Below, piece after piece: positions 54,983 to 63,462 of a stretch of DNA of 64,000 nucleotides; position 1 is the stretch's first letter; each line of letters starts with the position of its first letter. The notes beneath the pieces are model-generated. The model ran no database searches, was not told the origin of the DNA, and worked only from the letters and a program-made list of their open reading frames with translations. The translations under genes and the position numbers were made by a program. The DNA is from a virus, in the IMG/VR virus record IMGVR_UViG_3300050821_007696, positions 1 to 64,000 of that record, one strand, 5' to 3'.

Positions 54983-55123
54983 TTACGGCTGCACGTCCCA
55001 GCTGGTCGTGATGACTGCACGGGCGTCGAGGTACGCGGCGCCCATTACCTTCATCAGTCCTGTCGGGCCGGCGCCGGGACTGCCGCTGGCGTGGCCTTCG
55101 ATGTGCACGCACCGTTCTGTCAT
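54983..55123 (-). CDS. hypothetical protein, 46 aa
   Basis: SD AGGAG; below track cutoff. Confidence 0.55.
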   Translation of the reverse strand: MTERCVHIEGHASGSPGAGPTGLMKVMGAAYLDARAVITTSWDVQP

Positions 55124-55140
55124 GGTTTTTCTCCTGACGG

Positions 55141-55308
55141 TCAGAGGCTGGCGACGAGCTTCTGGATCTCGGCCTTGATCGCGGCGAACGTGCCGGCGAA
55201 CACCTTCAGCAGGGCGGCGGCCTCTGTCTTGCCCGCGGCCTCCAGTTCGATGACCGTGTCCTTGATCTCCGTGATCAGTTCGTCGAGGGTAGTGACGATC
55301 TCGTTCAC
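55141..55308 (-). CDS. helical hypothetical protein, 55 aa
   Basis: SD AAGGAGG; MNEIVTTLDELITEIK... Confidence 0.7.
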   Translation of the reverse strand: MNEIVTTLDELITEIKDTVIELEAAGKTEAAALLKVFAGTFAAIKAEIQKLVASL

Positions 55309-55320
55309 GTGGGTTCCTCC

Positions 55321-55470
55321 TTAGTTAGACGAGCACGTGCCGCAGACGTGGGTGTGGGCCTGGCCGGGGTAGATCCACTCGCCGCAGACATGGGAGACGG
55401 TCCTTCCCCGGCGGCCGGGACTGCACTGTCCCCAGGTGTGCCCGCATATGACCTTGCCCGGTTCCGCCAC
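55321..55470 (-). CDS. Cys/His microprotein, 49 aa
   Basis: ICGHTWGQC...HVC...HTHVCGTC. Confidence 0.6.
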   Translation of the reverse strand: MAEPGKVICGHTWGQCSPGRRGRTVSHVCGEWIYPGQAHTHVCGTCSSN

Positions 55471-55704
55471 TTAGCTGCGGGCCTTCAGGTCCCGGACGAA
55501 CCTGCCCCAGGACACCCCGGAGAACCGCAGTTCGGTCCGGTCCGGCTGGCCCGCCTGCTTAGTGTCCCGGACACCGATCTCACTGCCGGCGCCGACCTCG
55601 ACGCACGCGCCGTTGTTGACGCTGTAACTCGCCTTGCGGTAATTGCCGACTTCGACGCACTCGCCGTTGGCGCCGCTGTAACTTGACGTGCGCGGGCTGT
55701 TCAT
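55471..55704 (-). CDS. DUF397 (BldB/Scr2-like) protein
   Basis: RxSSYS..NGECVEV motif present twice; VRDTK; W..FV. Confidence 0.9.
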   Translation of the reverse strand: MNSPRTSSYSGANGECVEVGNYRKASYSVNNGACVEVGAGSEIGVRDTKQAGQPDRTELRFSGVSWGRFVRDLKARS

Positions 55705-56669
55705 TACTTGCCTCCTGCCGCCGCCGGCACGGTGCCGGGGTTGCCGATGACGATCGAGCAGTGCGGGCAGTCGGCGGCCTCGTCCTGGAGCATCAGGGCG
55801 TAGTTGGCGTACGGCCCGTACAGGAGCTTAGCCTGGGTCAGCCGCGCGGCATTGGCGGCAGCGGACTGCTCGGCTGCGACCTCCTGGTTGTACGAGGTGA
55901 TGACGGCCGGGTCCTGCGGGGTGACGCCGGTGACGACCACGGTCATGCCGGGGCAGGTGAACGTCGTAGGCCCGGAGCCGCCCGCCGCCCCGGTCGCCGT
56001 CTCGCCGTCACCGCAGAAGTACGGCACGCTCGACCCGGTCTCGGTGGCCAGCGGCGCGTTCAGGTCCGCGGCGATGTCCTTGCCGAGCTGAGTCCAGTCC
56101 TGCTGGGTGCGCCACAAGTCCGGGCCAAAGTTGGCTACTGCCGTTTCCGACGCCAGGTCGACGGCCGGCCCCATGTTCTCCAGCAGCATGTTCTCCCAGC
56201 CGACTGTCGAGGAATGTGCCGTACCGGAGATGGACGCGTCGGTCTGCGCGTCGTTGGTGGCACAGCCGTACTTGAGGCAGAACGGGAGGAACTTCGCCAT
56301 CACCGTGTTGTTCTGGTTGGCGGTGAAGTACACGCGTGTCCAGACGTAGACCGGCATGCCCGGCGTCGCCCCGCTGGCCGCGGTACGCACGGCGAGGGGG
56401 TCGTTCCGGTCGCCACCTGACTTCGCGGTCACGAAGTTCCGGGCGTTGCACGGGTAGTACCAGGGGGTGTCGCCGCTGCCGTAATTCACCTGGTAACCGG
56501 GGTGCACGGTATCGGTGATGCCCTGGTTGCCGCTGCCGAAGCCGCCGTTGGTGACCATGGCGCACTCCGACAGCGCCGGGGTGCTGGTGCCGCAGCCGGC
56601 TAGCGCGGCCCCGCCCAGGACGACCGCTGCGGTCGCTGTTCCCAGGGTCCTGCTGATCTTGTGCTTCAC
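55704..56669 (-). CDS. lipoprotein, SPFH/band-7-like
   Basis: lipobox LAGC; C-terminal Ala/Gln coiled coil. Confidence 0.65.
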   Translation of the reverse strand: MKHKISRTLGTATAAVVLGGAALAGCGTSTPALSECAMVTNGGFGSGNQGITDTVHPGYQVNYGSGDTPWYYPCNARNFVTAKSGGDRNDPLAVRTAASGATPGMPVYVWTRVYFTANQNNTVMAKFLPFCLKYGCATNDAQTDASISGTAHSSTVGWENMLLENMGPAVDLASETAVANFGPDLWRTQQDWTQLGKDIAADLNAPLATETGSSVPYFCGDGETATGAAGGSGPTTFTCPGMTVVVTGVTPQDPAVITSYNQEVAAEQSAAANAARLTQAKLLYGPYANYALMLQDEAADCPHCSIVIGNPGTVPAAAGGK

Positions 56670-56944
56670 GTAGGGTTTTTCTCCTTGGTCAGTGCCCGGG
56701 TTACCGCGTCGTACGCGGTCATGACCTGGTTCCGGTTAGCGTCTCCGAGCCCCGGGTCCGAAATGGCTGCGGCGAGCCCGTCCCGGGCCTGGGACAATGC
56801 TGTCCGTGCCCCGTCGATCCTGCGCCGTTTCGCTGCGTACAGCCGCAGTTTGCCTGCTGCCCACCAGACCGCGGCAGCAGACAGGACCGCGGCGAGGCCG
56901 AGCAGCAGGAGCGGGGGCAGGACGACGTCGAGGAAGTTGTTCAC
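56666..56944 (-). CDS. membrane protein
   Basis: N-terminal TM helix; coupled. Confidence 0.7.
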   Translation of the reverse strand: MNNFLDVVLPPLLLLGLAAVLSAAAVWWAAGKLRLYAAKRRRIDGARTALSQARDGLAAAISDPGLGDANRNQVMTAYDAVTRALTKEKNPT

Positions 56945-57192
56945 GGCCCTGCGGCGTCCTCAAGCTTGCCCTGCCCGGCGAGGTACGTCTCGATGGCGCC
57001 GCCTCTTGGCAGGTCAACGGGTGCGCCCCGGTGCCGCCCGGCAGGCGGGTCGCGGAGGATCTCGGCGGCCAGCTGCCGGAGAACCCCGGCCATGTGGTCG
57101 TCGTGGCTGCGGCAGACCAGCTGCGTACTGCCGTCTTCGCTCAGTACCAGGAGGAACTCCTCCCCCTGGCACTCGGCACAGCGAATGTGCAC
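56941..57192 (-). CDS. small zinc-ribbon protein
   Basis: IRCAEC...LVCRSH; SD AAGGAG. Confidence 0.7.
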   Translation of the reverse strand: MHIRCAECQGEEFLLVLSEDGSTQLVCRSHDDHMAGVLRQLAAEILRDPPAGRHRGAPVDLPRGGAIETYLAGQGKLEDAAGP

Positions 57193-57206
57193 GCGTTCTC
57201 CTTCGC

Positions 57207-57356
57207 CTAGTTCTGCTCGTCGCCCTCGGGGAACAGGAGCTGGTGCGTGCGCGTGCCCAGGACGGACTGCTGGAACTGCCAGTCTTTCCGCCAGATAACC
57301 GGGACTGACGCCCCCTGGCTGTTGCTCGCGCCGCCGTTGGCGAAACTGTTCTTCAT
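57207..57356 (-). CDS. hypothetical protein, 49 aa
   Basis: SD GGAAGGA before ATG 57356. Confidence 0.6.
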   Translation of the reverse strand: MKNSFANGGASNSQGASVPVIWRKDWQFQQSVLGTRTHQLLFPEGDEQN

Positions 57357-57514
57357 GACGGTTCCTTCCGGTAGGTGTACGTGACCTAACTTACGCCACA
57401 TACGAAGTATTCCGCCACCGGAAGGGGATACCGCGCCCTGGCGTGCTGACTTTAGGTCCCGCTGGGACAGTTGGCCGGGCACGGAATGTCAGGCCCCCAA
57501 GTTAGGCTGCCTGC

Positions 57515-57937
57515 ATGACTACTGTTGACCGGGCGATCGCCAACGCGCTCACCGCGCAGGTCCAGGCACAGCCGTCCCCGACTGACCGTCCCGAGACCGT
57601 GATCGTCGAGGTGCCGAAGGACAGCCGGCTAGAGGCGCTGCTGTGCCTGGAGGAAACGCGCCGGGCCGAGATGGAGGCCGCCAAAGCCGCGTGGGACGAG
57701 CTGAAAGGCGGCGTCACCGCGGAACTTGAGCGCATGTACCCCGGCAATGCCGCGCCTACCAAGGGCTTCGAGATCCCGGCCGGCCCGATGTGGAAGGCGA
57801 TCTCGGTCAGCTGGCGCGACGGTAAGGAGTACCTGCCGACCGACTTGATCAAGCAGCACATCCCGCAGGTGTGGGACGCGTTCAAGAAGCGGGGCAGCGG
57901 CTACTGGGACTTCCGCCGGATGGGCAAGCGGTCGTGA
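57515..57937 (+). CDS. hypothetical protein
   Basis: leaderless TAGGCT-N6-ATG; first gene of the rightward early operon. Confidence 0.8.
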   Translation: MTTVDRAIANALTAQVQAQPSPTDRPETVIVEVPKDSRLEALLCLEETRRAEMEAAKAAWDELKGGVTAELERMYPGNAAPTKGFEIPAGPMWKAISVSWRDGKEYLPTDLIKQHIPQVWDAFKKRGSGYWDFRRMGKRS

Positions 57938-58053
57938 GCAAGGAGCAGCGACCGCCGAAGCCTGCTGTCACCTGCGGGAACGGGTGCGCGTACGACTGGG
58001 TGAACGGGATCGGCTGGGTGCTGCGCCCTGATGTGAACTGCCCGGTCCACTGA
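57934..58053 (+). CDS. Cys microprotein, 39 aa
   Basis: CGNGC...CPVH; coupled on both sides. Confidence 0.6.
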   Translation: MSKEQRPPKPAVTCGNGCAYDWVNGIGWVLRPDVNCPVH

Positions 58054-58865
58054 TGGACAAGCTGGCGGAGTTCATGCGGAACGTGCCGCACACCACCGGG
58101 GCCAGCGACCCGTGGGCGGAGCGGTACGGGATGGAGCTGCGCGGCATCGTCACCCGGTACGCGAACCAGCAGCCGCGGTCGGTGCAGAAGCACCTCGGCC
58201 CGTCGGAGCTGGGGCACGAGTGCGACCGGCAGGTGGTCGCGAAGATGTCCGGGGCGAAGATGACCAACCACGTCGCGGACCCGTGGGCGTCGATCATGGG
58301 CACGGCCGGGCACGCGTACGTGGCGGGCGCGTTCGAGTGGGACAACGTGCACAACGACTACCTGCGGTGGCTGACCGAGGCGCGGGTCACCCCGGACCCC
58401 GGACCCGACCCGCACCCCGGCACCGCTGACCTGTACGACGCGCACAGCCGCTGCGTGGTGGACCATAAGTTCCAGGGCGACTCGACCCGGGCGAAGCTGA
58501 AGTCGAAGGGGCCGCCGCGGCACTACTACGTGCAGCTGCTGCTGTACCGGCAGGGGTACCTGAACCTGGGGCTGCCCGTCGAGCGGGTGGTGATCGCGAG
58601 CTGGCCGCGGACCAAGTCGTCGCTGGACGACATGTACGTGTGGGCGCACGTGCCGACCCCGGCCGACGACCAGCTGGTCCGCGACGTCCTGGTGCAGACC
58701 TCCTACCGGCAGCTGGTCGCCGACGCGGTGCGCGCGGGCCGGTTCGACCTGATGGACGTGCCCGCCGTGCCGGAGGACAGCGAGTGCTACTTCTGCGGGC
58801 TGTACCGGCCGCAGGCCGCCTACGACAGCCTCTACGGCTGCCCCGGCACGCTGATGCGCAAGTGA
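58053..58865 (+). CDS. Cas4-like PD-(D/E)xK exonuclease
   Basis: GPSELGHECDR, GTAGH, GTADL, VDHK, QLLLY, CYFC...GC. Confidence 0.85.
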   Translation: MDKLAEFMRNVPHTTGASDPWAERYGMELRGIVTRYANQQPRSVQKHLGPSELGHECDRQVVAKMSGAKMTNHVADPWASIMGTAGHAYVAGAFEWDNVHNDYLRWLTEARVTPDPGPDPHPGTADLYDAHSRCVVDHKFQGDSTRAKLKSKGPPRHYYVQLLLYRQGYLNLGLPVERVVIASWPRTKSSLDDMYVWAHVPTPADDQLVRDVLVQTSYRQLVADAVRAGRFDLMDVPAVPEDSECYFCGLYRPQAAYDSLYGCPGTLMRK

Positions 58866-58881
58866 TGTGTATATTGCAGGC

Positions 58882-59100
58882 ATGAGACGCATCAATGTCG
58901 TATTCACCGACAGGACCGTTAAGTGCCTCGAACTGCTGATGGAAGGCGGCGACTCCCAGACCGATATCGTCAACCAGTCGGTGCAGAAGAACGCTTACCT
59001 GGAGTGGAGGGTCAGGCAGGGCAGCAGGATCTTGGTAGCGCACCCGGACGGCACGCAGCAGGAAGTGGTCTTCAGCTACCGGATACCGGAGGAAGCGTGA
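58882..59100 (+). CDS. ribbon-helix-helix-like small regulator
   Basis: RINVVF...SQTDIVNQSV; leaderless. Confidence 0.6.
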   Translation: MRRINVVFTDRTVKCLELLMEGGDSQTDIVNQSVQKNAYLEWRVRQGSRILVAHPDGTQQEVVFSYRIPEEA

Positions 59101-59246
59101 GCAAGGGGAACTCGGGGAACCGGGCTCCGAATCCCGGCCGCATGATCGAGGTGGACTGCCCGACGTGCGGGGGCAGCGGGCGGCGGGGCAATAGCGCCTG
59201 CGGGCTGTGCAAGGGAAAGGGGAAGATCAAGGTGCCGGCAACGTGA
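59097..59246 (+). CDS. DnaJ-type zinc-finger microprotein
   Basis: CPTCGGSG...CGLCKGKG. Confidence 0.7.
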   Translation: MSKGNSGNRAPNPGRMIEVDCPTCGGSGRRGNSACGLCKGKGKIKVPAT

Positions 59247-59530
59247 CCGAGGTAGCCGGGGTGCCGATCATGCCGGCGCTGCGGGCGCGCGTCCGCCTGT
59301 CCGTGCTCGGCAGCACCGCCGACGGCGACGTTTTCTACCTGGTGAGCGACACGGCTACGGTATGGACTATCCGGCCCAGCCGTTACGGGGACAAGTACAT
59401 GTTCCTCGCGATGGAAGCTGACGTCTGGCGGACGATCGAGCACGTCGGCACCGGCGAGCGCGGCCAGCGGGTGGTCATCTTGCACAACACGAGGAAATTC
59501 AGCGCGGTGCCTGCCGAGCCGGAGGACTGA
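59243..59530 (+). CDS. hypothetical protein
   Basis: GTGA-coupled. Confidence 0.6.
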   Translation: MTEVAGVPIMPALRARVRLSVLGSTADGDVFYLVSDTATVWTIRPSRYGDKYMFLAMEADVWRTIEHVGTGERGQRVVILHNTRKFSAVPAEPED

Positions 59531-59701
59531 GTGCTAAGGTTTTCAACACGGGGCACCCTGAGCCCACTTGCCGAAAAGCGCAACGTACGCATACATGCGG
59601 CATAAGAGCCAGGCAAAGCCCCCAGGCGAGGCAGCATCCCCAGTGCGATGACAGCGCACCAGGGCTCGGAAGTCCTCAGGAAGCCGTGACAAGGACAGTT
59701 A

Positions 59702-59792
59702 GGGGGCACCGGCAGCTGGCTGGTGCCCCCGCCATGACCATGACCTCTCTCATGACAATGACCATGACAAGGACCCATGACCGTGACCTCTC
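59702..59792 (+). repeat. hairpin followed by an ATGAC(A/C) hexamer array
   Basis: GGGGGCACC..GGTGCCCCC; CCATGACCRTGACCTCTC at 59732 and 59775. Confidence 0.7.
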
Positions 59793-60991
59793 CCTATCCT
59801 TCTCAGCCTTACCAGCCTCAGCAGGGATACCCCGCGCAGCAGCCGAGTTACGCATCGCAGCCGGGGTACCCTGCCCAGCCGCAGTACCAGCAGCCCGTGC
59901 AGCAAGGCGGCTTCCCGCCCGGTACCTTCCAGCAGCCCCCGCCTGCTCAGCCAGTTCAGCCCGGTCCGGCGGTCGCGCCGCCGTCGCTGCGGGAGTTCAT
60001 GAACCAGCCCGCCGGCGGCGGCAACTCCCTGTCTTTCATGCAGGTCGGCACCCGGTACTCGGGCACCGTCATCCGCACCGTGACAGGCGCGGACGTCGAC
60101 TTCGCCTACGACATGCAGGACCGCACCAAGATCTCGAAGTTCAACGACGGCCGCGAGAAGCTGATCCTGAAGGTGCCGATTCTCCTCGACCAGCCGAACG
60201 CGCAGTACCCGGACGGTACCGCCATCTGGGTGCTGAAGAGCAACGACCGCAACGAGCTGATGCGCGCGATGGAAGCGGCCGGCGCCCAGTCTGACCCGGA
60301 GCTGGGCTTCTTCCGTCCCCAGGCGGGCGACTGGCTGTCAGTCACCTACACGCACGACCAGCCGAGCCGCAACGGGATGAACCCGCGGAAGGTCAAGGCC
60401 GTCGAGTACCGCGTCGGGAACGGCGTGCCCCCGCAGATGCCGCAGGCTCAGGTACCGCAGCCGGTGCAGTACGCCCAGCCCCAGCAGCAGGTGTGGAACC
60501 CGCAGGTTCCCGGTAACACCGCCTGGCAGCAGCCTCAGTACCAGCAGAATCCAGTCGCCACGCCCCAGCCGCAGCCGCCTCAGTGGGCACACGAGCAGCT
60601 GTACCAGCAGGCAAACGGGTGGGCGCCGTCTAACGCCCCGATGGCCGCCGCGGGCCTCGCGGCACCGCAGTACCGGGTAGGAGACGGACCGCATCTTGAC
60701 GCGCCTGCGCCGCAGCCCCCGCAGTTCGACCCGGCGCAGGCGCAGCAGTTCCAGCAGCAGTACCAGCAGCCGTCGTTCCCGCAGCCGCAGGGCGGCGGCT
60801 TCCCCCCTACCCAGGGTGCGCCCGCTGCTCAGCCCGGCTCTACCCCTGGTGCGCCGCCAACGGGACCTGCATCCCCTTCTAATGTCCCGCCGCCCGACTG
60901 GCCCGCGGACGTGCCTTTCGTCCAGGGGCTGACCCCGGCGATGGCGCGTACGGCGCAGGCGCTGCGCGTTATGAACCAGCAGCCTCAGTAG
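59777..60991 (+). CDS. probable ssDNA-binding protein with Gln/Pro-rich tails
   Basis: central OB-like core flanked by QP low-complexity regions; near the exonuclease gene. Confidence 0.6.
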   Translation: MTVTSPYPSQPYQPQQGYPAQQPSYASQPGYPAQPQYQQPVQQGGFPPGTFQQPPPAQPVQPGPAVAPPSLREFMNQPAGGGNSLSFMQVGTRYSGTVIRTVTGADVDFAYDMQDRTKISKFNDGREKLILKVPILLDQPNAQYPDGTAIWVLKSNDRNELMRAMEAAGAQSDPELGFFRPQAGDWLSVTYTHDQPSRNGMNPRKVKAVEYRVGNGVPPQMPQAQVPQPVQYAQPQQQVWNPQVPGNTAWQQPQYQQNPVATPQPQPPQWAHEQLYQQANGWAPSNAPMAAAGLAAPQYRVGDGPHLDAPAPQPPQFDPAQAQQFQQQYQQPSFPQPQGGGFPPTQGAPAAQPGSTPGAPPTGPASPSNVPPPDWPADVPFVQGLTPAMARTAQALRVMNQQPQ

Positions 60992-61006
60992 GCTTAGGAC
61001 CAGTAG

Positions 61007-61065
61007 CACCGGAATACCCTGGACGCGGTTGAAGTTACACCTGTCGCGACCGGGGTATTCCGGTG
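61007..61065. terminator. 13-bp inverted repeat
   Basis: CACCGGAATACCC/GGGTATTCCGGTG. Confidence 0.6.
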
Positions 61066-61089
61066 TCTTGCGTAATAAGGAGTTAACGC

Positions 61090-62433
61090 ATGAATAATGA
61101 TGATTACTCGTGGATGGCGCGCTCCGGTCATCCCGCCGCGGGGCAGCGCCCGCCGTGGGACATCGAGACGGTGCCCCACGCCTGGGCCGACACCGACACG
61201 ATGACCGCCCCGCCCCCCGTGCCCGCCCGCTACACGCCGACCGCCGTCAGCCCGGCAGTAAAGGAAGACCGAGATGATGATCATGATTCCCGTCGGGGTG
61301 ACGATCCTGGCCTACGCCGGGCTCGGGCTCGGGCTTCTCGTCCGCGGCGCAGTCCGGTGGTCACGCCGGATGTGGCAGCCCTCACCCTGACCGCTGTCGT
61401 CCCGGTGTACAACGGGGCACTCGGCCTGGCAGAGACCCTGCACGCGCTGCGCTCCCAGACCACGGCCCCGGACCGGGTCATCGTCATCGACGACGGCAGC
61501 ACGGACAACACGTCCGAGATCGCGCGCTCGTTCGGGGTCGAGGTCTTCCGCCGCGAGCAGCGGTCGGGCAGCAAGTCCCGCGCGCTCAACCACGTGCTGA
61601 TGGAAATCGGCACCGACCTGGTCCTGAACGTCGACGACGACACCGTGCTCTGCGAGGACTACGTCAAGCGGATCAAGTGCGCGTTCGCCGACCCGCAGGT
61701 AGCAGTCGCCGCGGGCATCGTCCAGGTGTGGAACCCTAAAGGCGTCCTCCAGCGCGGGCGCCAGGTCGAGTACCTGCTCGGCCAGCACCTGTACCGGCCC
61801 ATCCAGAACTTCTGGTCCTCGCCCACCGTGTGCCCCGGTGCCGCCTGCGCCTACCGCCGCGCCCCGCTCGCCGCCGCCGGCGGTTTCCCTGACGACACCG
61901 TCGCCGAGGACATGGCCTACACCTGGCAGATGATGCTCACCGGGTACAAGGCGGTGTACGTGGCCGGCGCCGAGTGCTACGTCATCGACCCGCGCACGCC
62001 GCAGGAGCTGGGCACCCAGCTGTGGCGGTGGATGTCCGGCTACTTCCAGTGCGTGCGGCTGAACTGGCGCGAGGTAACCCGGCGCAAGAAGGTGCTGGCG
62101 CTGCTGATCCTGGCGAGCATGTGGGACATCGTGTCGCTGCCGCTGTGGCTGGTTTCCCCGCTAGTGCTGGCCGGGTCGCACGGCCGGTCGTTCCTTGAGG
62201 TGATGCTGATCGCCCTGTTCGGCACCGACCTGGCCGTCACCGTGCCCGTCGTGGCGGTCGCCGCGGTCCGGCGCGGCATCAACCCGCTGCGGGCGCTGGC
62301 GAACGTCCCGCTTATCTGGGTGATGCGGGCGTTCAACTTCTGGTACTCCGGCAAGGCAATGCTGTACGAGCTGGTCCTGGTCCCGTGCCAGTGGAAGGCC
62401 AGCCTGTCCGTCTTCAAGAAGGGGCACGCGTGA
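61090..62433 (+). CDS. processive GT2 polysaccharide synthase (IcaA/PgaC/NodC-like)
   Basis: VPVYN, DDGSTD, VDDD, AED, QLWRW (D,D,D,QxxRW) plus C-terminal TM helices. Confidence 0.9.
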   Translation: MNNDDYSWMARSGHPAAGQRPPWDIETVPHAWADTDTMTAPPPVPARYTPTAVSPAVKEDRDDDHDSRRGDDPGLRRARARASRPRRSPVVTPDVAALTLTAVVPVYNGALGLAETLHALRSQTTAPDRVIVIDDGSTDNTSEIARSFGVEVFRREQRSGSKSRALNHVLMEIGTDLVLNVDDDTVLCEDYVKRIKCAFADPQVAVAAGIVQVWNPKGVLQRGRQVEYLLGQHLYRPIQNFWSSPTVCPGAACAYRRAPLAAAGGFPDDTVAEDMAYTWQMMLTGYKAVYVAGAECYVIDPRTPQELGTQLWRWMSGYFQCVRLNWREVTRRKKVLALLILASMWDIVSLPLWLVSPLVLAGSHGRSFLEVMLIALFGTDLAVTVPVVAVAAVRRGINPLRALANVPLIWVMRAFNFWYSGKAMLYELVLVPCQWKASLSVFKKGHA

Positions 62434-63335
62434 ACGCGAAACTGTTCTTCCGGCGCCTGGCCGTCATCGCCGTCGCCGTGCTCCTGCTGGCCGGCATCGG
62501 CTCTGCTGCCGCATGGCGGGCCGGGGCGTTCAGCACAGCGGGCAGCACTGCCGCCGGGCTTGCCGTGACCGGAAGGTCGCAGGCGGTCCGGGTTACCCTG
62601 CCCCCGGCGCCGAAGGGCCTGCCCGTCCTGGCGAACAGCTGCTCGGCCGGGTACGTCACCTTTACCTTCGACGACGGGCCGGACAAGGACACCCTCGCGC
62701 TGGCCAGCGAGCTGCTCGCCGAGCACGTGCCCGCGGTGTTCTTCGAGATCGGCGACAAGGTCGCGGCGACTCCGGGCATCACGAGGCTGCTCGCGCAGCG
62801 CCACTTCGTGATCGGGGACCACACCTGGGACCACGCGTCGCTGACCGGCGCGAGCACCAAGACGAAGCCGCTGACCGACGCCCAGGTGAAGACCGAGCTG
62901 ACCCGGGCGATGGCGGCGGTCAGCGCAGCCGGGGCACCCAGGCCGAAGCTGTGGCGGGCACCGTACGACGACGTCAGCCAGCACGACGTCTCCATTGCCG
63001 CCTCACTCGGGCTGCGGCTGGTCATGAGCTACGGCCTGGCCCAGGGCGGCAACATCGACGACAGCCAGGACTGGTCCGGCAACTCGGCCGCGTCCGTCGC
63101 CGCGCACGTCGACACCGGCTACACCCTGGACGGCTCGTCGTTCCCCGGCATGCGCAACCAGACGATCCTGTCCTTCCACGACGGGATCAACGCGACCGCG
63201 CCGAACACGATCAAGGCCATTCCCGTGATCGTCGCCTTCATGAACCGGCACCACCTGTGCGCGACCAGCACGGTACGCCCGGACGCGACCGGCGGCGTGG
63301 TCAGCCAGACTTCGGTCGCGGCAGGCGGCGAGTAA
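62430..63335 (+). CDS. CE4 (NodB) polysaccharide deacetylase, exported
   Basis: N-terminal signal/TM; TFDDGP, HTWDH, RAPY, LSFHD. Confidence 0.92.
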   Translation: MNAKLFFRRLAVIAVAVLLLAGIGSAAAWRAGAFSTAGSTAAGLAVTGRSQAVRVTLPPAPKGLPVLANSCSAGYVTFTFDDGPDKDTLALASELLAEHVPAVFFEIGDKVAATPGITRLLAQRHFVIGDHTWDHASLTGASTKTKPLTDAQVKTELTRAMAAVSAAGAPRPKLWRAPYDDVSQHDVSIAASLGLRLVMSYGLAQGGNIDDSQDWSGNSAASVAAHVDTGYTLDGSSFPGMRNQTILSFHDGINATAPNTIKAIPVIVAFMNRHHLCATSTVRPDATGGVVSQTSVAAGGE

Positions 63336-63462
63336 GGCAGCAGCCCGTCAGCGGGGCCTCACCCGGCGCAGCTTCATCGTCGCCGCGGCGGCCTTGCTGG
63401 CGGGCTGCACGACAGGTAACCATGAGACCAGGCCCAGCAGCCCGCCTCCGGAAGGACAGTCC

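Noticed and set aside
58053-58865. Cas4-like nuclease as evidence of CRISPR-Cas
   Set aside because: No repeat-spacer array or other cas genes; solo Cas4-like exonucleases are common in phage recombination modules
41891-61062. GTATTCCG recurring in intergenic DNA (41891, 57407, 61055)
   Set aside because: Only 8 bp, with inconsistent context; cannot be distinguished from chance
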